Positions 50,467-59,198 of a stretch of DNA of 64,000 nt are shown piece by piece. Source of the stretch: an uncultured Verrucomicrobiales bacterium (GTDB lineage: Bacteria; Verrucomicrobiota; Verrucomicrobiia; Verrucomicrobiales; Akkermansiaceae); the NCBI GenBank assembly GCA_937969495.1, contig CALBVY010000039.1, positions 9,374 to 73,373 on the forward strand, read 5' to 3'. The position numbers were made by a program, and so were the translations under genes. Positions within the stretch are counted from its first letter, which is position 1. Every line of letters starts with the position of its first letter. The notes beneath the pieces were generated by a model. It saw nothing but the letters and a program-made list of their open reading frames with translations. It was not told the DNA's origin and searched no databases.

Positions 50467-52680
50467 CTAATAGATCGGTTTAAGATGAATTCTTCCTGAG
50501 GACCTTTGACGGCGCTTTGCGAGCCGATGCGCTAGGATAGCCTCAGCGATAAAGAAAAGTCCTGACACGATAGCAAACCACATGGCTAAGGACCACTTCC
50601 CTCTATTTTCATACTCTTCAGGGGATAATGTACTAAACGCTGCTCCACGGATTAGCTCCTTTGCCTGGCTATCATTAAGACTAGTGATATCTGATTCATT
50701 ATCCGTTCGTTTTACATTAAAGATTTGAGTAGGGTGCTTCCCATTTTCATCCTCAACGCCATTGATACGATAGAGCCCAGGGAGAAATATATTTGCCGTT
50801 TGGAATACTCCACCTAACTGCTGAAGCTCTTCCGTGGAACCATCAGGGCGAGTGACTGTGACCGAATTTCCTTCAATTGTTTTATCTAGAATCGGAATAC
50901 GCAATATTTCTCCAGGATTAAGATTCCTTATAGAAATTCCGTTTCCAATACACTCTCGCAGGGTCTCTCGCATGATTGGAACAAAAGTCTGAAGAATTGG
51001 TAGATTTGTATTACTACGGCTTAAGTCACACATTTGCAGAATGACCCTGCCTGGATATGCTGGAATGGAAAGTAAGATAGGATTTCCGTTAGACGTCTGA
51101 AGAAGTTTTTCCCCATCTAGAAAATTGACTTCATTAAGTTGGTGAAGCTTCACAAGCTTAGCATCAGAAAGATCGAGATGGTATGCCGCTATAGCATCTA
51201 AATAGTCCTCATTTCTACTATTAGCTATCACCCTCATAGGCTTTCTTTTATCTGGACTCTCTAAGATGTTCGTTTTGCTTAATGAGTCTAAATCTAAATT
51301 TTTGAGTAATTTCGTAGTCCATGAAGGTAGCTCACCATTCTGTTGCCCCAACATCAGCCAAAGACCACGACCAGAAGCTACAAAATCTTTAATTTTCTCA
51401 TAGGAAGATGAAGGGAGAAAATCAGCACTTGCAATAATCACCGCAAGATAATCGCCAAGCACAACTCCATCTAACTCTGTGCTCTTAATTACTTTAGAAT
51501 TAAAAATGGAACGGCTCTTAGCAGAAGAAGCGCGTTTAATCGATAGGTTGCCACCGAGAGACGCTATTATAAATTGCGAGGGGAGAATCTGACCTTCCTC
51601 TACTCTCTCGGTATCATCAACAATTAGAACGCGTGGTTCAGTAGTTGAAGATAATGCTAGGATCGCACTGTTATCAGCCGAAAGAGGATCGTCATCAACT
51701 TCGAGACGACATTCGACTACTTGATCTCCAGAATCTTCGATAACAATAAACTGTTCAATATTAAGCTCACTTGAAGGTAGTAATCCTACAAGATCTAATC
51801 GCTCTACCTCTTTATCATTAATAAGCCATACCACTTGCGCACCATAGATACGGTCTTCTGAGTAATTTCTTAATGTAGCTCGAAAACGCTGTTTTGAACC
51901 AGTGGCTACAGTATCTCGGTCAGCCTCCAATGACACAACAGCAACTTGAGGCCCCTGTACTTCAGAAAATCCTTTATGCTTAGCGAGACGAAGTGATAGG
52001 TTAGGGTCATCGGAAATTCGTCTATCAACATTAGCCCAGCGATCTTTTTCTGAAGGTTGCCATGCACTTTCTTGCAAGTCATGCACAACGATTAAATTGC
52101 GTTGCTTACTATCATTTTCTTCAGTGACTGAATTGATTGCGAGGAGAATAGCTTTTGCTAGGCTGGATCCTCCTGCATCGAGCTTTTGCTCCGCAATGAT
52201 TTTGGCAAGGCTTTTACGATTATTTTTAGTTAGAGAAAGGGGTTCCTCTTTCAGCCACCGAGGCTTCGCTCCAACTAAAAGAACTCTTACCGTTGAATTA
52301 TCAGGTAAATCATCTATTTCATCTAATAATACTTGCCGGATAATCTCTTGCCGTGAGACACCATAAATATCTACCGCAGAAGTTGACATCGAAATATCCC
52401 AAACAAGAACCGTCTCCACCTGAGAGCTACTTACAAACAACTTTGAGGCAAGTGGCTGAGCGAATGTAAGAATAAGAAAAATAATGGCGAGCGCACGTAG
52501 TAATAAGAGTAAACGGTCGCGTAACCGATGTCTTTTTGAGCTTGCGCTATTAACCGATTTCTTCAGGAAATCCATAGCCCCCCATGATAAAACCTTAGAT
52601 TTCTGGCGCGTCAATAGATGAATAACTATCGGAAGACCCACGGCCAACAACCCTATAAGAAAGAAAGGAGACGCAAACAT
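50467..52680 (-). CDS. BatA N-terminal double-TM + vWA domain protein
   Basis: LPIVIHLLTRQK...WGAMDFL...LLLLRALA...FAQP (BatA), WDISMST, VHDLQ, CARDB-like region, C-terminal TM. Confidence 0.85.
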   Translation of the reverse strand: MFASPFFLIGLLAVGLPIVIHLLTRQKSKVLSWGAMDFLKKSVNSASSKRHRLRDRLLLLLRALAIIFLILTFAQPLASKLFVSSSQVETVLVWDISMSTSAVDIYGVSRQEIIRQVLLDEIDDLPDNSTVRVLLVGAKPRWLKEEPLSLTKNNRKSLAKIIAEQKLDAGGSSLAKAILLAINSVTEENDSKQRNLIVVHDLQESAWQPSEKDRWANVDRRISDDPNLSLRLAKHKGFSEVQGPQVAVVSLEADRDTVATGSKQRFRATLRNYSEDRIYGAQVVWLINDKEVERLDLVGLLPSSELNIEQFIVIEDSGDQVVECRLEVDDDPLSADNSAILALSSTTEPRVLIVDDTERVEEGQILPSQFIIASLGGNLSIKRASSAKSRSIFNSKVIKSTELDGVVLGDYLAVIIASADFLPSSSYEKIKDFVASGRGLWLMLGQQNGELPSWTTKLLKNLDLDSLSKTNILESPDKRKPMRVIANSRNEDYLDAIAAYHLDLSDAKLVKLHQLNEVNFLDGEKLLQTSNGNPILLSIPAYPGRVILQMCDLSRSNTNLPILQTFVPIMRETLRECIGNGISIRNLNPGEILRIPILDKTIEGNSVTVTRPDGSTEELQQLGGVFQTANIFLPGLYRINGVEDENGKHPTQIFNVKRTDNESDITSLNDSQAKELIRGAAFSTLSPEEYENRGKWSLAMWFAIVSGLFFIAEAILAHRLAKRRQRSSGRIHLKPIY

Positions 52681-53621
52681 TATTTCATAAAGGTTGTTTG
52701 ACGTTCAATAAACTTAGTCAACGAGGCACCCACTGGCTGGTCTGTTACTAAAGGTTCATAGCCAGCTCGATTCGATAAACAAATCTTACGAAGCTTCTCA
52801 ATATGGTCTTCCACAGCAGCTCTGTAAGCATCCACTATTTCATGAGGATTAACATCAAGACTTTCGTTAGATTCCAGGCTTACAAACCGAAAAGGATTTT
52901 TATAATCAAATGTGATTTCTTCAGGTGCTAGAGTCTGAAGCCAATGGAACCGGTGCCTACGTCCTGTCAGAAAAGCAAGCTCAGGCTCTAAAGTATCAAG
53001 ATCTAATAAGGCATCTGAAACAATGATAACCCTAGTCGGGTTTCGTAGACTTTTCCCAAGATTCCGGAGGCTCTCAGCAATTCGTGTTTCACCTGATGCA
53101 GGAGTCTGAGCCAGAGTATGTAAAATCTGATGAAACTGTGAGCTAGACGCCTTCGGCCACAGTAATCCAGGGGCATCATCCCCCGCAATCAGCAAACCTA
53201 CTGGGTCTCTTTCTTGAAGAACAGCTTTAGAGAGAAACGCAACAATAGCCTGAGCAAAATGATACTTGGAACGAGATGACTCTGCAAATGACATTGAGCC
53301 GCTAGCATCGATTAGAAACACCGTTTCCAGCGTAGATGGGTCATCGTATAATTTGATTTCGAGGCGATCAGACCGTCCCACAATACGCCAATCAAGCTTT
53401 CTCACCTCATCACCAGGAGAATAGGAGCGATGCTCTGCAAATTCCGTTGTTCCGCCCCTGAGCCTAGCTCGATGGATACCTGACATCCTACCTCTTACCC
53501 GTTGATTGACAGGAAAACTCGCCTTTTTAAGATAAGTCATATCTTCTGAGGTGAGCCATTCATCCAGTAGATAAGACTGAGAAGCGGATGCTTTATTGAG
53601 CTGTGGTTCCACAGAGTTCAT
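52680..53621 (-). CDS. DUF58 domain protein (vWA-like)
   Basis: G.H.....G.TTEFAEHRSYSPGDEVRKLDWR, LIDASGSM, IVSD. Confidence 0.93.
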   Translation of the reverse strand: MNSVEPQLNKASASQSYLLDEWLTSEDMTYLKKASFPVNQRVRGRMSGIHRARLRGGTTEFAEHRSYSPGDEVRKLDWRIVGRSDRLEIKLYDDPSTLETVFLIDASGSMSFAESSRSKYHFAQAIVAFLSKAVLQERDPVGLLIAGDDAPGLLWPKASSSQFHQILHTLAQTPASGETRIAESLRNLGKSLRNPTRVIIVSDALLDLDTLEPELAFLTGRRHRFHWLQTLAPEEITFDYKNPFRFVSLESNESLDVNPHEIVDAYRAAVEDHIEKLRKICLSNRAGYEPLVTDQPVGASLTKFIERQTTFMK

Positions 53622-54617
53622 CTATAGCATATGTGAGATGATTTCATCTGGAGAAAGACCCTCTGATTCAGCATTAAACGTAAGTGCAATACGATGCCTG
53701 AGAATTGGATACGCCATGGCAGCAATATCTTCCGTCGTAACATGCTGACGGCCGTGTAAAACCGCTCTCGCCTTAGCAGAAGACGCTAAGAAAATACTCG
53801 CTCTAGGACCAGCTCCGAATCCTATCTTATCTACCAATTCTGGAGGCATCTCAGCGGAATTAGGCCGAGATCTTCTCACCACCGCAGCCGCATAATCAAC
53901 ACATGTCTTAGAAATGGGCACCTTGCGGATGACGCGCTGCATAGCCTCTAGCTCTTCGCCCTCGATTACCGGCTCTAGAGTAACACGGCCTTCGCTTGAA
54001 GCCTTTTCTACAATCTTAGACTCATCCTCTGCACTTGGGTAGTTAAGGAGAATCTTCAGCATAAACCGATCCAGCTGAGCTTCTGGCAGAGGATAGGTTC
54101 CCTCTTGTTCAATAGGATTTTGAGTTGCTAGAACGAAAAAAGGCTTAGGTAATGGGTGAGTAACTTGGCCAATAGTAACCTGCCTCTCTTCCATCGCCTC
54201 TAGTAAAGCACTTTGAGTTTTGGGCGGGGTTCTGTTTACTTCATCAGCTAAAACAAAATTTCCAAAAAGTGGCCCCTCTTGAAAACGGAAAAAACGTTCA
54301 CCTGTTTCCATGTCTTGCTGTAACACTTCAGAACCAGTAAGATCTCCAGGCATCAGATCTGGAGTAAACTGGACCCTTTTAAAACTAAGATCCAGTAAAC
54401 AAGCGATTGAAGAAATAAGCTTAGTCTTAGCCAAGCCAGGTGCGCCCTCTAAGATACAATGTCCACCGCATAATAGAGTGATGAAAATTTGTTCTATTTC
54501 AGAATCGAGCCCAATAATCACTTTAGAGAGCTCAGCTTTAATACTAGCAAAGCTCGTTTGGATCTTTTGAGTAACTTCTAGGTCTGATTCTATCAGAGTG
54601 TTTTCTTGTGTTAACAT
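53622..54617 (-). CDS. MoxR family AAA+ ATPase
   Basis: LEGAPGLAKT, RVQFTPDLMPGD, LADEVNRTPPKTQSALLEAM, ATQNPIEQEGTYPLPEAQLDRF. Confidence 0.97.
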   Translation of the reverse strand: MLTQENTLIESDLEVTQKIQTSFASIKAELSKVIIGLDSEIEQIFITLLCGGHCILEGAPGLAKTKLISSIACLLDLSFKRVQFTPDLMPGDLTGSEVLQQDMETGERFFRFQEGPLFGNFVLADEVNRTPPKTQSALLEAMEERQVTIGQVTHPLPKPFFVLATQNPIEQEGTYPLPEAQLDRFMLKILLNYPSAEDESKIVEKASSEGRVTLEPVIEGEELEAMQRVIRKVPISKTCVDYAAAVVRRSRPNSAEMPPELVDKIGFGAGPRASIFLASSAKARAVLHGRQHVTTEDIAAMAYPILRHRIALTFNAESEGLSPDEIISHML

Positions 54618-54964
54618 TGAGAGAGTAATTTAGTGATTATTAAGTGTATGAGCTTTAATGAATTAAATATGGATATGATACGTCTTTAAACTAGGCTTTT
54701 ATCATTTCAACATCATTTCTTGATTTTTATTTTTTAAGTAGGCAATAAAGGTTAAATCGATGGCTTTTATAACAAAAAAGATAAATATGTTAGAAAGGCT
54801 AAAATTATTATAATAATTGCGTGCTGATTGATCTGGTATCAACCCATAAATTTTACGCGAAGTTCCCCTCGTCTGTCCATAGAGGGCGTCCATCACAACC
54901 TACTATCCAAACGATAGCGTAGCAGCTTTAGTTGCCTACTATGTCTTTTTTTTGTAAAAAGATG

Positions 54965-55019
54965 TGTGGATATTTCCACACATTCAAACCAAGTCAACTT
55001 AAATGTGGTTTTTTTCACA
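54965..55019. promoter_or_regulatory. Twin dyads TGTGG-N6-CCACA (54965-54980) and TGTGG-N6-TCACA (55004-55019), CRP/FNR-like geometry
   Basis: Two related palindromes 39 bp apart in the divergent intergenic region. Confidence 0.45.
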
Positions 55020-55065
55020 GTTACGTGATCTGCAACTTCTTCTCAGATCCCGAGTTTAAGGATAC

Positions 55066-55644
55066 ATGAGACTTCTCTATATTACCCTAGCCCTTGTTCT
55101 TGCGCAGCCAGTTTTAGCGCAGCGAAATCGTGTTGATAATGCGCCTAAAGTGGGTGAACCGATTCCCCAGGTATCCGCCGTGGCAATGAAAGGTCATCAA
55201 AAAGTGGATCTTTCCAAGCCTGATAAAGTGACGGTTCTTATCTTTGGGTCTCATACCTGAGGGCCATTCATGCGGCAGACCGGGCGTCTGCAGAAAATGT
55301 ATGAAACTTATGGTGAAAAGGCTGATTTTTGGTGGATCTACATTCAAGAGGCGCATGCTACGGATGGCCGCCGGCCTAGCAAAAAAGTTAAAATTGCTCT
55401 GCATAAAACGTTAGAAGACCGGAAAAAAGCTGCTGCTGGGTGTAGCGAAGCTTCTCGTTTAAAGGTGCCTGTGCTTCTTGATGATATGCAGGATACAGTT
55501 TCCAATGCCTACTCAGCGCGCCCTGAGAGGTTTTTTATTCTCGGTGCAGATGGTAAGGTGGCTTACTCAGGAGCGCGCGGCCCCAGAGGCATTAATCTTG
55601 ATGCCCTAGAGAAGCGGTTAAGTGAACTTACCACCAAGGAGTAA
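55066..55644 (+). CDS. Secreted iodothyronine-deiodinase-like (thioredoxin-fold) selenoprotein, 192 aa, Sec65
   Basis: Track ORFs 55066-55260 and 55270-55644 are in frame: VLIFGSHT-TGA-GPFM, then YIQEAHATDG. This matches the deiodinase FGS.TUPPF and YI.EAH..DG motifs. Signal peptide present; SECIS-like hairpin downstream. Confidence 0.88.
55275..55291 (+). promoter_or_regulatory. Candidate bacterial SECIS element
   Basis: GCAGAC[CGGGC]GUCUGC perfect 6-bp stem; loop begins 20 nt after the UGA and has G at position 2. Confidence 0.65.
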
Positions 55645-55667
55645 GAGCCAAACAAACTGAATGAAGA

Positions 55668-56738
55668 TTAATCAAGCTGAACAATCTCACCAGTGCGGAA
55701 TGATTGATCTGCAGCGGCAACGATTTTCATTGAGTTGATAGCATCGTCCATATGGTCTGTTAGGTCACTATCGTTTTTGATGGCGTTTAGGAAAAACTCC
55801 TGTTCGCGGTGGCAGAGTTCATCATGATCTGGCTCATCGCCTGTTTCTGTCCAGGTATCCTTTTTGACAAATTCGTTATTGGCATCGAGCTCTGAGAAGT
55901 GTCTGCGCAGGGTATTGGTTTTAGTATGGGCATCCACATCTGCGGAAGCACCTTCGCCGGCAGCTTCTTTGGCCTCGATGGTGACACACCCCTTCGGCCC
56001 AACGACATCTTTGACAAAGAAGGCAGTTTCACTCATCATAGGACCCCAGCCAGCTTCATACCAGCCTACAGAACCATCCTCAAAGGTAACTTGGAGGTGG
56101 CCGTAGTTGATTTTACCCTCTGGAAGTTCATCGCTAAGGCGAGCACCTATGCCGGCTACACGAATCGGCTTGGAGCGTGTCATCTGGCACATGACATCCA
56201 CATAGTGAACGCCACAGTCTACGATGGGGCTGATGGATGACATCAGGTTTTTATGAGTCTCCCAATTATCACCTGATGATTGTTGGTTCAGGTTCATCCG
56301 CATGACTAACGGCTTTCCAAGCTCGTGTGACATCTCGATAAATTTCTGCCAGCTTGGGTGATGGCGGAGGATGTATCCGATGACAAGTTTACGGTTGTTT
56401 GCTTTAGCCGCTGCAACAATTTTTTCTGCTTCCTCGACCGTTTCTGCGAGTGGTTTTTCAATAAATACATCACATCCAGCCTCCAGTGCTGCAATCGCGT
56501 AGGGCGCGTGAGTATCTGGGTAAGTGGAAATTGAAACGGCATCTGGCTGCGTCTCTTTTAACGCTTGGTAATAATCATCAAAGAGAGCATAGCCGCCGCC
56601 AAGTTCCTCATTGAGCTTCTCCCGTGATGCGGCAGAGCGTGTGCAGATACCAACGATTTCGAACTCAGGGATATTGTGATAAGCAATGGCGTGTGAACGC
56701 CCCATGTGGCCAGCGCCAGCGCAAAGAATTTTGATCAT
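55668..56738 (-). CDS. Gfo/Idh/MocA family oxidoreductase
   Basis: GAGHMG, HAPYA..ALEAG..VFIEKP, DCGVHYVD. Confidence 0.92.
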   Translation of the reverse strand: MIKILCAGAGHMGRSHAIAYHNIPEFEIVGICTRSAASREKLNEELGGGYALFDDYYQALKETQPDAVSISTYPDTHAPYAIAALEAGCDVFIEKPLAETVEEAEKIVAAAKANNRKLVIGYILRHHPSWQKFIEMSHELGKPLVMRMNLNQQSSGDNWETHKNLMSSISPIVDCGVHYVDVMCQMTRSKPIRVAGIGARLSDELPEGKINYGHLQVTFEDGSVGWYEAGWGPMMSETAFFVKDVVGPKGCVTIEAKEAAGEGASADVDAHTKTNTLRRHFSELDANNEFVKKDTWTETGDEPDHDELCHREQEFFLNAIKNDSDLTDHMDDAINSMKIVAAADQSFRTGEIVQLD

Positions 56739-56782
56739 GTTTTTGGAGATAAGTAGTTAGAGTGAGCGAATTAGTTTTAGGA

Positions 56783-58087
56783 TTAGTTTTCAGAGCTGGC
56801 CTTATCAGCATCTTTATCCCAAAAAGTGAGGGCAAACAGAATCATGACAATCAATGCAAAACCTGCTGGCACATACCAAAATTTAGCAAAATCAATTTTG
56901 TCTCCCATCGTGCATATTGCCGTCCATTGGCCAAAAAGTTGAGCCCCGATGCCTAATCCTAAGCCTTGAGTTAGCATAACAACAAGTGACTGTGCCTGGC
57001 TGCGAATAGCTGGAGGTGCTTTTTTATCTGTATAAATCATACCTGTTACAAAAAAGAAATCATAACAGATGCCGTGTAGAAGAATACCCAAGAATATAGG
57101 AAGCGTGAGTAGCGGGCCTTCTTGACCAAAAGCAAATCCCCAGAGTCCATAACGTGCTACCCATGCAGCCATGCCAATAGTCAGCATCCATTTAACGCCA
57201 AGGCGGGCAAAGCAGAATGGCATAATCAGCATAAAGATGATTTCTGACATTTGACCCGTGCTCATTGCTCCTGTTGTTGATCCAAAGAGGGTGACACCCA
57301 TTTCGCCAACGTAGCCATACCCTTTAGCATAATAGCCTGCAAGTGGGATACAGATCAGAAAACTGGCGATCGCAAATACGAGGAAGCCTCTATTTTTAAG
57401 AAGCCCCCAAGCATCGATACCTACAATTTCACCAAGTGAGATTTTTTTACCTTTTGATGGAGGAGCTGTTTTAGGAAGTGTGAGGCAGTAGAGCCCAAGA
57501 ATTGCTGATGCGATTGCAGCAGCAGTGAAAATATGAGATGAGTTATCAGAAAACTGCTCAGCATCCATTCCAGCTGAACGACACATCCACATTACCCAGT
57601 TACCTGCTATCCAACCAACTGTTCCCATAACACGAACAATGGGAAATTGTTTTTCTGTATTTTCCAAATGGCTAAATGCGAGACTGGCTGTAAGTCCCAA
57701 GGTAGGCATAAAGCAGATCATATATGCAAGTAGGCATAAGATCATAGGATGACTAAATTGACCTAGAAGTGAGCTTGGTGCACCAGCTTCCGCTAAACTT
57801 GGTGCGATATAGAGAAGCGCAGCGCCTAAGAGGAATAAAATGGAAAGTACCTTTTCTGTATTAAGGAAACGATCTGCGATAAGCCCTAATGTTAGAGGGG
57901 CTAAGATGGCGGCGATAGGTGCTACTGTATATGCTGCCGCATCATAAGAACCACCATCACCGATAGCGGTCATACCATTTTTGTTTAAGAATCCCCAAAG
58001 GGCTACGTACCAGGCTCCCCATATAAAAAACTGGAGGAACATCATAATGGAAAGGCGGAGGCAGTTAGAACTAGATGGTGTGCTCAT
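56783..58087 (-). CDS. MFS nucleoside:H+ symporter (NupG/XapB-like)
   Basis: MMFLQFFIWGAW, IADRF, FPIVRVMGTVGW, GQMSE, LHGICYDFFFV. Confidence 0.9.
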   Translation of the reverse strand: MSTPSSSNCLRLSIMMFLQFFIWGAWYVALWGFLNKNGMTAIGDGGSYDAAAYTVAPIAAILAPLTLGLIADRFLNTEKVLSILFLLGAALLYIAPSLAEAGAPSSLLGQFSHPMILCLLAYMICFMPTLGLTASLAFSHLENTEKQFPIVRVMGTVGWIAGNWVMWMCRSAGMDAEQFSDNSSHIFTAAAIASAILGLYCLTLPKTAPPSKGKKISLGEIVGIDAWGLLKNRGFLVFAIASFLICIPLAGYYAKGYGYVGEMGVTLFGSTTGAMSTGQMSEIIFMLIMPFCFARLGVKWMLTIGMAAWVARYGLWGFAFGQEGPLLTLPIFLGILLHGICYDFFFVTGMIYTDKKAPPAIRSQAQSLVVMLTQGLGLGIGAQLFGQWTAICTMGDKIDFAKFWYVPAGFALIVMILFALTFWDKDADKASSEN

Positions 58088-58155
58088 AGGTCGGTTATTT
58101 GAGTGGATTTAATCAGGAATTAGAAATTTGGCAATCTGTCTGTGTCTTCCTTTTA

Positions 58156-59190
58156 TCACTTGTGGTGGATGGTGGGAAATTGTGCTGATTTCTGTTCGTG
58201 GGGCTTTTGATGGTGATCAAGCGTGTAGAGGAGTAGTTGATCACCATGTGTGTTATTGATCAACGTATGAGCGTATTGTTTGCTGACGCAAGATGCTGTG
58301 GCGAGGGCATCAGCACGCGTCGCGGTGGCGGAGATCACGGTAGCGGAGACTCTCTGGATAAGACCTAAGCCAGTGCTGGGATTAACAATATGGGAGTAAC
58401 GTGTACCTGATATTTCGATAAATTGATGGAGATCTCCGGAGGTGGAGACTGCGCAGTTAGAAACGATAATAAATGGTTGGCTGTTTGTGGTTGATTCTGT
58501 GGAGAGAGTTTTTAGCCCTACACGCCAGCCTTTTTTACCTGGTGGCGGATGACCTAATCTGATGTCACCTCCTGCAGCGATGCTGACGCTGGTGATACCG
58601 TGTTTTTGGATGATATTGAGCATGAGATCAGCGGCGTAGCCTTTGGCAATACCGCCGAGATCGATTTTCATACGGTCGATTTTTTTAGTCGCCTGAGGAG
58701 ATTTGCTCGCAGTGCTGACGGTGAGGTTTTGCCACCGGGTAATTTGTTTTGCTTGATCAATGGCTTCTTGAGTGGGGAGTTTGCCCCTTGTTTTAGCGCG
58801 TCGCCAGTTCCACGTATGACCGCCGATGGTAGGATCATAGGCAGCTTGTGTTTCCTCAGCGATATCGAGAGCTTTTTGTAAAACGTCTGCGAGTAGTGGT
58901 GATATTTCCTGAGTGGCAGGAGGTTTCATCAGCTGGGAGAGCTCACTGGTGGCGGAGTAGTCTGAGCAGGCATGTTCTACTTCTGCTGCTTTGCGGAAGG
59001 CTGCTGTGGCTGCCGCTACCGCCGTGGAATGATCTTTGGCATAGAGCGTGATCTGGAAGCGTGTGCTCATGTGCGTTTCCTCGTAATGAAAACGCTCGAG
59101 TGCTGGGGGGCTATCTGCCGCCACTGAGCTGATGGTAGCTGCTACTAACACACATGCTAGGTGGCGGAATGATGCCGGGAATGAAATCAT
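58156..59190 (-). CDS. apbE: FAD:protein FMN transferase
   Basis: MSTRF.I, YDPTIG, IDLGGIAKGYAAD, AGGDI, VSTSGD, YSHIVNP.TG, ADALATA. Confidence 0.93.
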   Translation of the reverse strand: MISFPASFRHLACVLVAATISSVAADSPPALERFHYEETHMSTRFQITLYAKDHSTAVAAATAAFRKAAEVEHACSDYSATSELSQLMKPPATQEISPLLADVLQKALDIAEETQAAYDPTIGGHTWNWRRAKTRGKLPTQEAIDQAKQITRWQNLTVSTASKSPQATKKIDRMKIDLGGIAKGYAADLMLNIIQKHGITSVSIAAGGDIRLGHPPPGKKGWRVGLKTLSTESTTNSQPFIIVSNCAVSTSGDLHQFIEISGTRYSHIVNPSTGLGLIQRVSATVISATATRADALATASCVSKQYAHTLINNTHGDQLLLYTLDHHQKPHEQKSAQFPTIHHK

Positions 59191-59198
59191 AAAACTAA

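Noticed and set aside
54860-54945. Fluoride or c-di-GMP riboswitch
   Set aside because: Only fragments (GATGG, CCTAC, GGCAA) resemble the consensus, and their order and strand do not fit.
54965-55019. DnaA boxes / replication origin (TTTTTCACA and two near-matches)
   Set aside because: Too few boxes and no origin-associated genes nearby; the dyad operator geometry explains the motifs better.
54618-55065. attR copy of the tRNA-Cys 3' end bounding the island
   Set aside because: No match to TTCCCGCCTCCGCCTCCA was seen by eye, and there is no integrase in the window.
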